A stretch of 64,000 bases of DNA from contig NC_092671.1 of the NCBI RefSeq assembly GCF_964355755.1, positions 19,344,001 through 19,408,000 on the forward strand, in the 5' to 3' direction. This DNA comes from Antedon mediterranea. Its lineage: Eukaryota > Animalia > Echinodermata. The notes beneath the pieces are model-generated. The model ran no database searches. It saw only the letters and a program-made list of their open reading frames with translations, and had not been told where the DNA came from. Both the position numbers and the translations under genes were made by a program. Shown here in pieces: positions 1 to 13,129 of the stretch (within the stretch, counting starts at the first letter, position 1; the number at the start of each line of letters is the position of its first letter).

Positions 1-1030
1 ACAAATCAAAAAAGGTCTCAGATTGTTTACAAATCGCGGTAGAATCTCCACCTAAAATATACTGTAATTTATCATCAGCACTTGCTGTTGTGTAACGATT
101 CCATGTGTCATAATCATTACAGAGCACAAGGTTATTTTGTAGAATGGATAATTCTTTCATTCTAATATTATCAAATGCTTTACAGTTTAATAAAAAATGT
201 TTAATGTCTTCAATTTCACAATTCCCACATAAAGTACAATGACCGGACACATCATTGGACCATTTATAAGTTTTACAATCTAAAGGTAGAGTGTTAGATC
301 TTAATTTAAATTTCAGACTTGTCTCATAAAAATGTGTTTTATCAAGTAAATATTTTTCTAAATTAGGGAAAGGTTTCAATTTTGAGTATAAATTTAATGA
401 GGTTTTTTGCATTATATTATTTGACCACTCTGATTTATATGATTCTGACACACATTGCTTGACATTGCTGACTGAGAAAGGAACAAGAGTTAAACTATCA
501 TTATCAAAAACATTGTTGTAAAAGCCTATATCTGTACATTTTTCAAATATGTCAACACAACTGTACTAAGAAATTTATATTTTAAACGATCAAAGTCACA
601 TTTCAATTGTAGCATAGAATTAAGTACAATATTAGGCCACCTGTGGTCATCCATAGTTATAAAACGATTAAATAATTTAACTCTGGACAGTTTGTGTAAC
701 TTGGATAATGGAACCCACCCAAGGAGTTTACCGTGGAGCTTTGAGAAGAAAGCGGGCCATTTGCAATTGCACTTTCTCTAGGTCTTCGTTATCCTTCTTG
801 GATTTATTATACCAAATGCTACAAGCATAATTTATTGAAGGAATTGCAATGGTTTTCCACAGTATGTTTCCATAGTACACCCGGTTAAAGTCATCAAGGT
901 TAGCTATGATACCTTTGATATAAGCTATAAGCCGGTTGCCCTTTTGGATAACATGTTCATAATGTGAATGTTCACTCATGTTTGAGGAAATATAGACCCC
1001 TAAATATTTATAACTATTTACTTCTTTTAT
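1..1030 (-). mobile_element. Degenerate non-LTR retrotransposon (LINE) ORF2 C-terminal fragment in a DHX30 intron
   Basis: ORF 728-1069(-) has the RT thumb motif YKYLGVYI and ...PSINYACSIW. Further downstream on the minus strand (~160-245) a CCHC knuckle reads CTLCGNCEIEDIKHFLLNC. The frame is interrupted between the two. Confidence 0.85.
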
Positions 1031-1092
1031 CAAATGTGTGAACATAAAATAGTACATTCTCATTAACATATGAATATATTTTTATTATTTAG

Positions 1093-4000
1093 TTGACAAG
1101 GCAATTGAAGTATTGGCAGAGATGAATATTCTAGATCAAAATGAATGTCTAACACCCTTAGGAAATAAAGTGTCCCAGATAAGCACAGATCCTAAGCTTG
1201 CTAAAGCACTTGTTTATGGCTCAATATTCAGGTCAGTATACCTTCCATTTCTCCTTCTCAGATTCTTGTTATCACCTTCACATACATAACTAGCCTGTCA
1301 ATGGCCTCTTGTCGAGTAATCAACTGATTACACATTATATTTATATAATCTTCCCATAGCACACTGTTAGTGCTAATTAGGTTATATGCATGATATGCAT
1401 ATAACCTCTTGATTCTGTCAAAATCTTTATTTATTTATTTATTTATTTATTCTTTCCTTAGCACTATTTTGTCCGTGCATTATCTTGGCATCAGTTTCAT
1501 CTAGCTAAGTCAAGTTTTTAGAGTATATTCCTTATGGCCAGGAATCGATGTGGTTATATTTTCACGATGCGTAATCAAAAATTACGTGGTCTACGCGCGA
1601 TTTTACGAAATCACGTTTGTAATCATATCTTCACAAGCATGAATCACAATTAAACAAAATTTGGTACTCATAAATTTCAGGTCATATTTCATCATATGGC
1701 AATAAAATTACGTGTCTAGCGCATATAACGCTTGCGTACGCGCGCTTAAAATGTTCAAAATTGTCAAAATTTATTTTCGATGAAATTAGAGTACGTTTCA
1801 GGCAATTTTAAGCGTTTAAAAAATTGCCATGAGTGCACAAATTTTTGCACGCGCACTGCGCGTTAAAAGTTGGTGCGCACTCTTTTTGCCCGATTTCTGT
1901 TTTACAATCTTTCTTTAATAATATCATCATATTTGATTCAGGTTTCAACTCGAAATTGCGTTATACGAGCACGTCAAAAGTGATTGGCTACGCACGTATA
2001 AGTTAACAAAATGGTGAAAATATGCTAAATTTTAAAATGAATATATATCGTCAGAATGCAGGGGAACACCTATTTTTTATTTCATTTTCTTGAAGTGTAT
2101 GTATCATATGTATGATTTATTATCAAATTAAGAGAACCAAAGTTGATTAAGTCATCATTAATTGCATATTAAATTAAAAAATAATAATTTCGACAATCAA
2201 ACAAATTATGACATTTTCTTAGGCCAAAATAACAAACTTAACATTAACTTTCTTCCTTCAAAAGTTCATATATTAAAGTTAAAAGTATGTAGTTTGACAG
2301 TGCATCATTTGTTTACATTTTAAAGATGTCATCATAGTAAAAAATTATAATTCATTTCGGTATGTAATAATCTATCTGCACCAAACTGGTTACTGCATAG
2401 TAAATACACGGAGGAATTTTTCTACAACTTTTAGTCAGTTGTGTACAGCTCGATTGTCTGTGCTCGTGTCTATGGCATTCAAGGTACCGAGATCGAGTCT
2501 CACCTTGGGAAACGAAATAAGATTTTTTTTTTTATTATCCGTATTGTTTGTTCAAATTTATTTCTTAGTGTATAGATTATACACATGATTTATAATGAAA
2601 TCTAGATAAAAATTAACTTATGTCTTTATTATTATGTAACAACAAATGTGGTTTATGACATTATACGCATATGGATCTTTGATCGGATTGTGATACCGGC
2701 TATGGTGTTCGCGTTAGCAAGGTCCTGTCATATATTATAAATAATTAAAGATTCTGAGAAAATCAATCAATCAATATATCTTTTAAAAATCAATTATCTT
2801 TATTTAAATCAATGCATATAGCCTATAATAATAATTCATTTCGGTATGTAATAATCTATCTGCACCAAAGTGGTTACTGCATAGTAAATACACGGAGGAA
2901 TTTTTCTACAACTTTTAGTCAGTTGTGTACAGCTCGATTGTCTGTGCTCGTGTCTATGGCATTCAAGGTACCGAGATCGAGTCTCACCTTGGGAAACGAA
3001 ATAAGATTTTTTTTTTTATTATCCGTATTGTTTGTTCAAATTTATTTCTTAGTGTATAGATTATACACATGATTTATAATGAAATCTAGATAAAAATTAA
3101 CTTATGTCTTTATTATTATGTAACAACAAATGTGGTTTATGACATTATACGCATATGGATCTTTGATCGGATTGTGATACCGGCTATGGTGTTCGCGTTA
3201 GCAAGGTCCTGTCATATATTATAAATAATTAAAGATTCTGAGAAAATCAATCAATCAATATATCTTTTAAAAATCAATTATCTTTATTTAAATCAATGCA
3301 TATAGCCTATAATTCGTCATAGTGACGAATTAAATCTAGTTAAATTCTTGTTTTTCTAAACCATTAATGTAAGCCAATGAATATTCTCATTAAGAACATT
3401 AATGAAATCATTAAACTAGGGTCTCATAGTATTTTCAATAATAATGAGCCATTTTACTTATATAATAGATAATATTTTTTATAATCCAGTAATCTTCTTT
3501 AATATATAGAATTTTTTTTATGATTGTTTTTTGAAGATGTATTGTCCCCAAAAAACATGACAATGAAGATTACTAATAGACTTTGAATAGGCAGTTTAAA
3601 TAAATGTTTTCACTTCTGTAAATAATTTTAGTGAATAACTATTATGTAACATTAAAATGACACATTCAACAAAAAAAATTTAATTTTCAGGTGGACGAAA
3701 TATCATTACATTTCTCAAATCGCAAATCCTAAAATTGATGATTGAATAAGAATAAAAAACAATATTTACATGCTTAAATAATAGGAAAAATGGCAATAAT
3801 AAATACACATGCTTAAAATGAAAAATAGAAATTTTTATTTTTAATTATATTATTTGGTTCTTAAGTTTTTTATTCACTGGGTAGCTTATTTTAAATTGAA
3901 TATGGTATAAATAATGAGAGGTATGGCATGCCCTTGCGTCATATATATTTTCTTGTTTGTAGGTGTCTTAATCCAGTAATAAGTATTGTTGCTGGTCTGA

Positions 4001-7000
4001 GTGCAAGAGAACCAATGAAAGAAACCCTTACCAATCGAAACAAGATTATGTCGGTTCGTATGATTTTATGATGTATATTTTACCCTCCAATTAATTACCT
4101 CCCAGCTCAGACTGCCACAAAATACAGCTAGCTATTGGTTGCCTAAAGTAAATTTAGTTAGAGACTGAAATCATTGCATTTCAGTCTGTAACTTTGATTT
4201 GAGGGATTTTTATAACAAAATATTCATATTCAGAACAGCATACTTTCATAGCTTGAATAGAGTGTTTAGAGTGCCCTCTTAATTTTTTTTTTAGTTCAAT
4301 AATTAAGGGGTAATTAAACTACAGTAAAAATGAATTTTTCTCTGGGGAAAAATTGTCCTGGTTAGAAATTAATGAATGAACATTTGGAAAGAACCTTCAA
4401 ATATAAATATGAATTATAATGTACTGAAAGCACAAAAGATAACAGCTGTAAAACCAAGTTACATTGTAAAAATAAAATTAGAAATATACACTTTCACCGC
4501 CAAAGACGGAAATCTCCGTCTTTCGATGCCCAGCGCCAGACCGCCAAAGACGGAAATTTCCGTCTTTGGCTTTTTATTGCACAATTTGTTAGATCAGGTA
4601 TATATGGACCGCATGTAGAAATTTCAACATCCAAATCGATCTGGACCGCAAATATTTTGATACTTTATTAACCCCTAGTGCCATTGACCCCAGATGGCCT
4701 ACATCGCGTCCTATCTGTAAACAACATAATATGCTTACTGCGGACTAAGCAATTGCAGAAATAATTGCCGACTCTGACTCTGAAAATGATTATTTATTAT
4801 CCCCAGATGATGAAGGTATATTTGTACCTAAATCTGGTTTTTAAAATGTAATAAATAATTGGAGATAATTTAGCTAGCCTGGCCTAGGCTAGTTTGTAGA
4901 ATAGGTTGAGAATCGTGACACTGACAGACGGTGCAGCCAGACTAAAATTCTTATTATCTCTGCTTTGTTCTCCGATTGAGCCTAAAGTGCTAAAAGTAAG
5001 CCGAGTTCTTTGTACAATTATGTGGTATTACAGTTTTATTTCAATAAAGTGTTTGGTACCATTGGAAAGTTTATTTCTATCTCATTATTTGAGTGTGTAT
5101 TGCATGTTATTCTGATTACAAACACCTTTGCTATGAGCCTTGAAAAACAGGTAAATTTATCTAAAATGGCTGGCGGTGAGGGGTACTTCTTTTATTGAAT
5201 GCTTGGCGGTGAAAATGTTAATGCAATTGTATCAGATGACAATGAAATTACAATTATTCTATTCAAATTTTACTATATAAATATTATGCTTTCTGAAGCC
5301 CATAGCCAGAGGGGTTCAAGGGTTCCTATAGTGTCCTTATGACGGAGATGGTAAATAGGCCTAAGACTTGCTCATGACGAGCTTTGCACCTTTTGTGGAC
5401 AAAATATAGCATCCTGTTAAATTTCTGGCTAAGCAATTGCTTTCTTTACTGTATTATTTTTTTTAAATTTTCTTAGGTAAAACAATTATATAGTGGTTCA
5501 TCCAGGAGTGATCATATTAGCAGATTAAACATTTACAATGCCTGGGAAGAGAGTCTAGCTGAAGGCTCAATGAATTGGTTTGTACAAGATAACTGTCTAG
5601 ATAAAGGAACACTGTTTTTCATTAGAGGTGAGTCTATACATAAAACCCCTATTCAGACGACATCCCTATTACAAAGACACTTTCCCATGAAACTATCAAG
5701 GGACAATGTTTTAACACTTTAAGACAAACCCCTATAAGAGGACAGTTTATTGTACCCTACTATGTTCTGCTATGACACAAGTTAAAAACATGCCAGTACA
5801 ATCAGTAATGTCTTTGCCTCCTAGCAGGTTGTCAGTAGTTCAAATTTAAATTCAAATATTCTTTATTCATCATCATGAAAATATACAACAATATATGAGA
5901 ACATAAAAAAAAAGATGAAAAGGAAATACATAAAAACTCAAAAGAGCTTGATTAGTTGTGTCCCCCTACGTCCCTAACTAGCCTAAAAACTAATGCATAA
6001 ATAATAAAAAAAAACTCTAAATCCTGCAACAAGTATTATTTTTTTAATTATTTGTAAAATGATAATAAATGTTCTTTAAACAATGATTTAAATATATTTA
6101 ATGATTTGGTACTTTGTAGTTCGTAATTCAAGTCATTCTACAATTTAGGTCCCACACATGACACAGTAAAGTTAGTAGAAGTACGATTACGTTTTCTGAG
6201 TCTCATTTTGTCTTTAGATCTTGTATTATAATTATTAGTTATTAAAGGAATACTTTAGATTATTTATAAATTTCTTATTATTGTTGATAATATAAAAACT
6301 GAAACTGGAGGCTAAGGCTTTGTATTGCAATGCACCTCTAATACTGCATTACAAACAACTTTAGCCATATTTTATTATTCAATATATAGAATAAGAAATA
6401 CTATATTCTTTACTTACCAATATAAAAAAAAATCTGAAAAAAGTGAAGCAAGCCATTATGATTCAGGTTTGTTATGTCAGTTGCTTATTTTTCTACTCAT
6501 TTTTAATTGGTTGATTAATTTTTCATCTCAAGACTCTTGGTACCTATAAATATGTCATTATGTCTGAGTATGTTTTATTCCATAAGATGAAAAAATAAAT
6601 TGAATTTATTATCATATATCCAACATTTCAGTGGACTCTCTGTTTACTTATGAAGTTCGTTATTTTTAAAAATTAAAGGTTTGCGTCGACAATTTTCTGA
6701 GAATTTAAGGGATGCAGGAATGAGATCAAGGTATTCTAATTACAAAGAGAATCATGAAGAATTAATAAAGGCAAGTTTAGTTTTGTTTTTGTGAGTAATT
6801 GTCTTCCAGTTTGCTGTTTGAATTTAATGCTCGGACTGATATATTATAACAAATATACAGTAGTTTATTTAAAAAATGAAACAAATAAAATATTATAATG
6901 AAGGAGAAAAGGAGGTAATTACAACAACAACGACATAAAAACAAAATTACAATATTATGCATAATTACAATGTTTTTTAGGCTGTGCTTTGTGGTGCATT

Positions 7001-10000
7001 TGTTCCAAACATTCTGCAAGTTCGAAGGGGATCACACATTAAAGGAAAGTTAAAACCCAATAAACTTTCATTTAAAGACATGTGAGTTACTATAAAATAT
7101 CTACAACTGTAAATATACAGATGATGATGATGATCAAATAAAGATCGAAATGTTTTATATAAATGTACATGGAGGTTTTTGGGGCTTTACTGTAATGATA
7201 TATTTTGAGTTTGTACAAACATTGCTCTCTAGGGATCGATACTATGTAGATAAGTTTAGGATAATGGACATTTGAAAATTCACTAAAAGCTATATGTAAA
7301 AAGATTGATTTGTTCTCTATGGGTGGTTCCAATCCTACCACCTGGCTATCGGCTTGGTTTAAGATTGATTTGTTCTCTATGGGTTGTTCCAATCCTAACA
7401 CCTGGCTATCGGCTTGGTTTAAGATTGATTTGTTCTCTATGGGTTGTTCCAATCCTACCACCTGGCTATCGGCTTGGTTTAAGATTGATTTGTTCTCTAT
7501 GGGTTGTTCCAATCCTACCACCTGGCTATCGGCTTGGTTTAAGATTGATTTGTTCTCTATGGGTTGTTCCAATCCTAACACCTGGCTATCGGCTTGGTTT
7601 AAGATTGATTTGTTCTCTATGCGTTGTTCCAATCCTACCACCTGGCTATCGGCTTGGTTTAAGATTGATTTGTTCTCTATGGGTTGTTCCAATCCTACCA
7701 CCTGGCTATCGGCTTGGTTTAAGATTGATTTGTTCTCTATGGGTTGTTCCAATCCTACCACCTGGCTATCGGCTTGGTTTAAGATTGATTTGTTCACTAT
7801 GGGTTGTTCCAATGCTACCACCTGGCTATCGGCTTGGTTTAAGATTGATTTGTTCTCTATGCGTTGTTCCAATCCTACCACCTGGCTATCGGCTTGGTTT
7901 AAGATTGATTTGTTCACTATGGGTTGTTCCAATCCTACCACCTGGCTATCGGCTTGGTTTAAGATTGATTTGTTCTCTATGGGTTGTTCCAATCCTAACA
8001 CCTGGCTATCGGCTTGGTTTAAGATTGATTTGTTCTCTATGCGTTGTTCCAATCCTACCACCTGGCTATCGGCTTGGTTTAAGATTGATTTGTTCTCTAT
8101 GGGTTGTTCCAATCCTACCACCTGGCTATCGGCTTGGTTTAAGATTGATTTGTTCTCTATGGGTTGTTCCAATCCTACCACCTGGCTATCGGCTTGGTTT
8201 AAGACTGATTTGTTCACTATGGGTTGTTCCAATCCTACCACCTGGCTATCGGCTTGGTTTAAGACTGATTTGTTCTCTATGCGTTGTTCCAATCCTACCA
8301 CCTGGCTATCGGCTTGGTTTAAGATTGATTTGTTCACTATGGGTTGTTCCAATCCTACCACCTGGCTATCGGCTTGGTTTAAGATTGATTTGTTCTCTAT
8401 GGGTTGTTCCAATCCTAACACCTGGCTATCGGCTTGGTTTAAGATTGATTTGTTCTCTATGCGTTGTTCCAATCCTACCACCTGGCTATCGGCTTGGTTT
8501 AAGATTGATTTGTTCTCTATGGGTTGTTCCAATCCTACCACCTGGCTATCGGCTTGGTTTAAGATTGATTTGTTCTCTATGGGTTGTTCCAATCCTACCA
8601 CCTGGCTATCGGCTTGGTTTAAGACTGATTTGTTCACTATGGGTTGTTCCAATCCTACCACCTGGCTATCGGCTTGGTTTAAGACTGATTTGTTCTCTAT
8701 GCGTTGTTCCAATCCTACCACCTGGCTATCGGCTTGGTTTAAGATTGATTTGTTCACTATGGGTTGTTCCAATCCTACCACCTGGCTATCGGCTTGGTTT
8801 AAGATTGATTTGTTCTCTATGGGTTGTTCCAATCCTACCACCTGGCTATCGGCTTGGTTTAAGATTGATTTGTTCTCTATGGGTTGTTCCAATCCTACCA
8901 CCTGGCTATCGGCTTGATTTAAGATTGATTTGTTCTCTATGGGTTGTTCCAATCCTACCACCTGGCTATCGGCTTGGTTTAAGATTGATTTGTTCTCTAT
9001 GGGTTGTTCCAATCCTACCACCTGGCTATCGGCTTGGTTTAAGATTGATTTGTTCTCTATGGGTTGTTCCAATCCTACCACCTGGCTATCGGCTTGGTTT
9101 AAGACTGATTTGTTCACTATGGGTTGTTCCAATCCTACCACCTGGCTATCGGCTTGGTTTAAGACTGATTTGTTCTCTATGCGTTGTTCCAATCCTACCA
9201 CCTGGCTATCGGCTTGGTTTAAGATTGATTTGTTCACTATGGGTTGTTCCAATCCTACCACCTGGCTATCGGCTTGGTTTAAGATTGATTTGTTCTCTAT
9301 GGGTTGTTCCAATCCTACCACCTGGCTATCGGCTTGGTTTAAGATTGATTTGTTCTCTATGGGTTGTTCCAATCCTACCACCTGGCTATCGGCTTGATTT
9401 AAGATTACCCTGTACATGCTGAAATTTAACTATTACAGATTCACACATACAAATCAAATCAATTGATCACAAAGTCTTTTTTATATTTGTTGTGTATAAA
9501 TACATTCATTATTGTTTCAGGCATGTTGGTAAAGTTTTACTTAGAGGAAGATCTGTTAACTCAAAAGAAAAATCCTACAAATCACGATGGCTGACATATT
9601 TTGCAAAAGTAAGCGAATGTGAAGGAAAAAATTCTGTAGTTAATCTACTTTTAAACCTTTTATGATTGTGTTTGTTAGATATTGTAGTGCGAATGCACTT
9701 TTTGTTAATAATAATTTCAAGAATTTATGAAAATCGGTAAATTACAGTTTCCCATGTTGAATCGAAGCTTCTTAACAAACTTTTTTTTAAATTTGAATCA
9801 AGATAAACTCATGTTATGTATAGTTGGCGGATTAACATTTAATATGTACAGTTACTGTTATGAAGTTAAAAATTAAGAGAAAGGAATTAATTTATTTGTT
9901 ATAATTGCTATTTTTCAATATATTTTCTTTCAGACTCAATCAAGTGCAACATTTATCCATGAAACTTCAATGGTACATCCATTAGGTTTAATATGCCTTG

Positions 10001-12046
10001 CTGCCAAGTCAGCCTGGACAGAGAGGGTCTCACCTGACCTAGGTAAGTACCTATGCAATTTATATTCAATCAAACAAGGTATTTGGCTATGTACATTATT
10101 TACAACATTTTTTGTTAGAATTTGAATGGAAACTGGACAGATCTGACTAGAGTTAAATTGTATTATTGAAATGTTGATTTTTGTTAACTGTTATGGCAAT
10201 GAAACTGTATTATAAGTGTGATAATTGGTTTGACAGAGTTTTGTCAAAAGAAACTATTTCAGATACTCTCTTGCCAACCTTTTGATATTGCAATTTTACA
10301 CTGCACATATATCAATCTTGAATAGTGAAACACTTGTTGCATTTTAAGGGTTGCATTGCTTATAAAGAAACAATAATTTTATTGGCCAAAAGTGGTTAAG
10401 GCAGGGGTAGGAGTGAATGCATTGACCATAAAATAGGTTTAAGGCTTTCCTTAATTGACCATATTTCTGGTGGAATCTATTAAACCGGTTTCATAAAATC
10501 ATTAATTATTATTTTAATAGATGAACGACTTCGAGGAAACTTGGATGAATACAATTTAGATCAAATTGTAAAATTTAAAATAGCACTGTCAAATGATGAA
10601 CAAAAGTCAATCAGTTTTTTTATGTACAGAGACGTAGCTGAGATCTTATTAGATGTTATGGAGCATGTGCATAGGATGGTACAAGAGTCTCTTGACAATT
10701 ATATGGTATGTCAATGCTTGAAAACCCCCTCACAAATATTGATGAATCCTGGGGTAAGGAATTAGGCCTGGTGATTGACTGTGATGTATATATGATGTAA
10801 CCACTAGCCAGACACCAGAAAAATCTATTTTTTTATAAAAAAAAAAAAGCCAGATAACAAAAACATTATTTAACAGTCTATAGATTAACATAACTTTCAG
10901 TTTTGTGGAACTATATAACTATTTTCAATTACAAAAATTAGATACAGTATTTTCAAATACTTACTGACTGACAATATGATAAAATGGAAACTCATTTAAA
11001 TCCGCCAAGGAGGTATATGTAATCGGTAGCGTGTGTTTGTTTGTTTGTTTGTTAGCAGGATTACTCAAAAAGTAATTACAAGATCTTTACCAAAATGAAT
11101 ATACAGATAGATATCAAGGACCATTCCATTAAGTTTTGGGACCATTTGGGACCATGGTCCCAATTCTGGACCACTTTTTGAGTATACTTTTCAGACCTTC
11201 TATTGTTAAAAGATAGGACAGAATTTTTCAAAAGGCGGCGAGCAGTCTTAAAGTAACAAGTAAACTAAAATTGCATTTTCTCGAGAACTACTTGTCCAAA
11301 AAACTTCATTTTTGTACAAGAGGCAAGAGTTATAATTTTTGATTTGTAATTTTAAAACATAATTTGATTTAATGTGCACGATTTTTGATGCGAATAGTTT
11401 TAAAAACCTATTTCTTTTCAAATTCACTCGTTTGATTTTCGCGTTGCTGTTCTATTGTTAGTCAACTGAAGCTATTGTTAATTGAAAGGCTTGTTACATA
11501 ACCATTACACCAAACTCGCATACACATGTTTGTAGTGGAATTAGCCTAAATCACAAACACCGGAGAAATCTTATGTAGGAGAATTTTACAGTAGGCAGAG
11601 GTGTGCACTCTCGGAGTGGCTTTCTAGTTGTTTATTAAACTATTTTCTTTGTCAATTAATCCTTCACACATACGTGTCAATAGAGCAATCTTGACTACGC
11701 ATACGATGGGTTAGTTTCGTTAACGTTATTTACAATATTAACAGTTAATTTGCAACTTAACCAAAATACCACATTAAATAATAAATTTAATAAAATTCCA
11801 AATGCTTAATATTTTTTAAAGAAGGAAACATACTTTTAATAGTTACTTAATTGTTCTTCATCTTCTTTATTCATTTAGACTGAAGAAAATGTGGAAAAAC
11901 ATAAGTGCATTGTGGGTATAGTTTGCAGCCTGCTATCAAGTGTACAACAGCCATATATTGAGGAAAAAGGAGGAAAGAAAGAGAAAAATATACTGATGTT
12001 AGATTCAGATGACGAACTAACAGATTCAGAGAAGATACGATGGTGA
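1093..12046 (+). CDS. DHX30: DHX30-like DEAH-box RNA helicase, 3' part (HA2 + OB-fold/C-terminal region); exons 1093-1231, 3963-4053, 5477-5627, 6679-6770, 6981-7081, 9521-9608, 9934-10042, 10521-10705, 11879-12046 (TGA); 5' part lies upstream of the window
   Basis: Exons are bounded by AG and GT (one GC) and stay in phase. They translate to VDKAIEVLAEMNILDQNECLTPLGNKVSQISTDPKLAKALVYGSIFR-CLNPVISIVAGL..-SRSDHI..-GLRRQFSENL..EELIK-AVLCGAFVPNILQVRRG..KLKPN-..KSRWLTYF-..ETSMVHPL. This is colinear with vertebrate DHX30 as I recall it (ISTDPRLAKA, SDHL, QFSEN, PNLIQVRQG, RSRWLTYF). Confidence 0.88.
1376..3341 (+). mobile_element. Non-autonomous Helentron-associated element (HINE/DINE-1-like)
   Basis: 5' palindromic subTIR AGGTTATATGCAT-gat-ATGCATATAACCT (1379-1407), then a (TTTA)n microsatellite (~1426-1451). 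3' subTIR ATGCATATAGCCT (3296-3308), stem-loop AATTCGTCA-tag-TGACGAATT (3311-3331) and CTAGTT end. Confidence 0.8.
2346..3313. repeat. Near-perfect 484-bp tandem duplication inside the HINE
   Basis: TTCATTTCGGTATGTAATAATC starts at 2351 and 2835. Both copies end in AATCAATGCATATAGCCTATAAT. I noticed one substitution (caaaCtgg vs caaaGtgg). Confidence 0.95.
3533..3710. mobile_element. Fragment of the TTAA-target MITE family seen intact at 54577-54922
   Basis: AAGATGTATTGTCCCCAAAAAACATGA..GACTTTGAATAGGC is the reverse complement of the right end of the 54577-54922 element. Another fragment lies at ~49140-49330. Confidence 0.6.
4489..5217 (+). mobile_element. piggyBac-like non-autonomous element
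   Basis: TIRs CACTTTCACCGCCAA / TTGGCGGTGAAAATG, flanked by TATA and TTAA. An internal remnant MLTAD*AIAEIIADSDSENDYLLSPDDE (~4731-4815) resembles the acidic N-terminus of piggyBac transposases. Confidence 0.65.
5845..6300 (-). mobile_element. L2/CR1-like LINE 3' fragment
   Basis: The minus strand reads YNTRSKDKMRLRK..TVSCVGPKL*NDLNYELQSTKSLNIFKSLFKEHL, a typical L2/CR1 ORF2 C-terminus, followed by a 3' UTR ending near AATAAA. Confidence 0.65.
7301..9406. repeat. 60-bp minisatellite, ~35 copies, in the DHX30 intron 7082-9520
   Basis: Unit AAGATTGATTTGTTCTCTATGGGTTGTTCCAATCCTACCACCTGGCTATCGGCTTGGTTT repeats once per 60-nt line with only a few recurrent variants. Confidence 0.98.
10995..11629 (+). 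mobile_element. Second HINE-type non-autonomous rolling-circle element
   Basis: 5' TCCGCCAAGGAGGT, then (TGTT)n and TTAGCAGGATTACTCAAAAA. 3' GGCAGAGGT subTIR, hairpin CACTC-tcg-GAGTG and CTAGTT end. Confidence 0.75.
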
Positions 12047-13129
12047 TGCCTCGCTGTTTCCATGACAGCTGTGTGATGCTAGGTAAACTTTCTCAATTTC
12101 TACAAATTTGAGTTGCTTTATTGGTGTAAAGCCTGCGATTTAAACCCCAACTGGTCTACAGTATGAATGTTTGCTGCAGGAATTCTGTGGCATCATGGCA
12201 TTCATGAAAAACACCCTTGGGTGAATCAAACGTTTAAAGTATTATTACAACAATACTGCAAACATTATCATGCAGTTATTATGGTTGAATTGAGATGCTT
12301 TTGCTTCAGTGGTACAAAGCTCCAATCCAATTCATCAGGGGTTAAATAGAAGTGGCAAAATAATGTTTTTATTCACTAGTATTATACAATTAATGTAATC
12401 TAATAATGAATATTTTATGATTTAAGTTCATGGTAACAGTAAAAAGTGAAAATCATTCTCCATTCAATGGATACAAAACGTTTATCATTTGTTTTTATAT
12501 CACATCTGCTGTTAAATTTTAATATAATTAATATCCATCGCTTCCATCTTAAATGCGATGTCATAATTTAGTCCATGGCAAAAAGAAGGTGGTCAGATTT
12601 TGGCAGCAAAGCACAACTATTATAGATGGCACACTTTACATATTAGTTTTTGCCGTTGCATTATTATCAGCATATCTCGTGGCACAAACTCAACATTTTT
12701 TAAAGCTGGCTGTTGAATAGAACCGTTACATTTTAAGAAAATTGTTATGAAATCAACCAATCAAAGTGTTATGCGAATAATAATTAGGAATGAACAAGTG
12801 TGCAAAGCAAGCGTTCATGTGATTTTAAACAAATACATTTTACCACACAAGTTTGAATTATAAAAATTTGTTTACACTATGTTTATTTACAGTAATACTG
12901 TATGTAATTTAAAAGTTTGAATGAAAAGAAAAACTTGATTGAAATATTATTATATTTTCTACAGTACCATATGGTACACAAGGTTTATTTTTTACCAAAA
13001 GAGGCTTTACCAAGAATAATATACAAATAATGAATGTTTATGAGTGGAATGGTCTAAATAATGGCATGAGGTGAATGTAGATTATAAGGTTAAATTTAAT
13101 ATTAACCTTTCATCATTCACTGAATAACA

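Noticed and set aside
2812-3072. 86-aa ORF and similar short AT-rich ORFs across the window
   Set aside because: No recognisable domains or splice context; they lie in repeats or introns and match chance expectation.
7301-9406. CRISPR array (also considered for 43807-45520 and 54476-55395)
   Set aside because: The units are head-to-tail with no unique spacers, there are no cas genes, and the context is eukaryotic introns.
7090-9422. 775-, 705-, 535- and 155-aa ORFs as protein-coding genes
   Set aside because: They arise from a 60-bp stop-poor minisatellite inside a DHX30 intron. The DNA is near-identical between units with no synonymous-site bias, and several frames on both strands are open.
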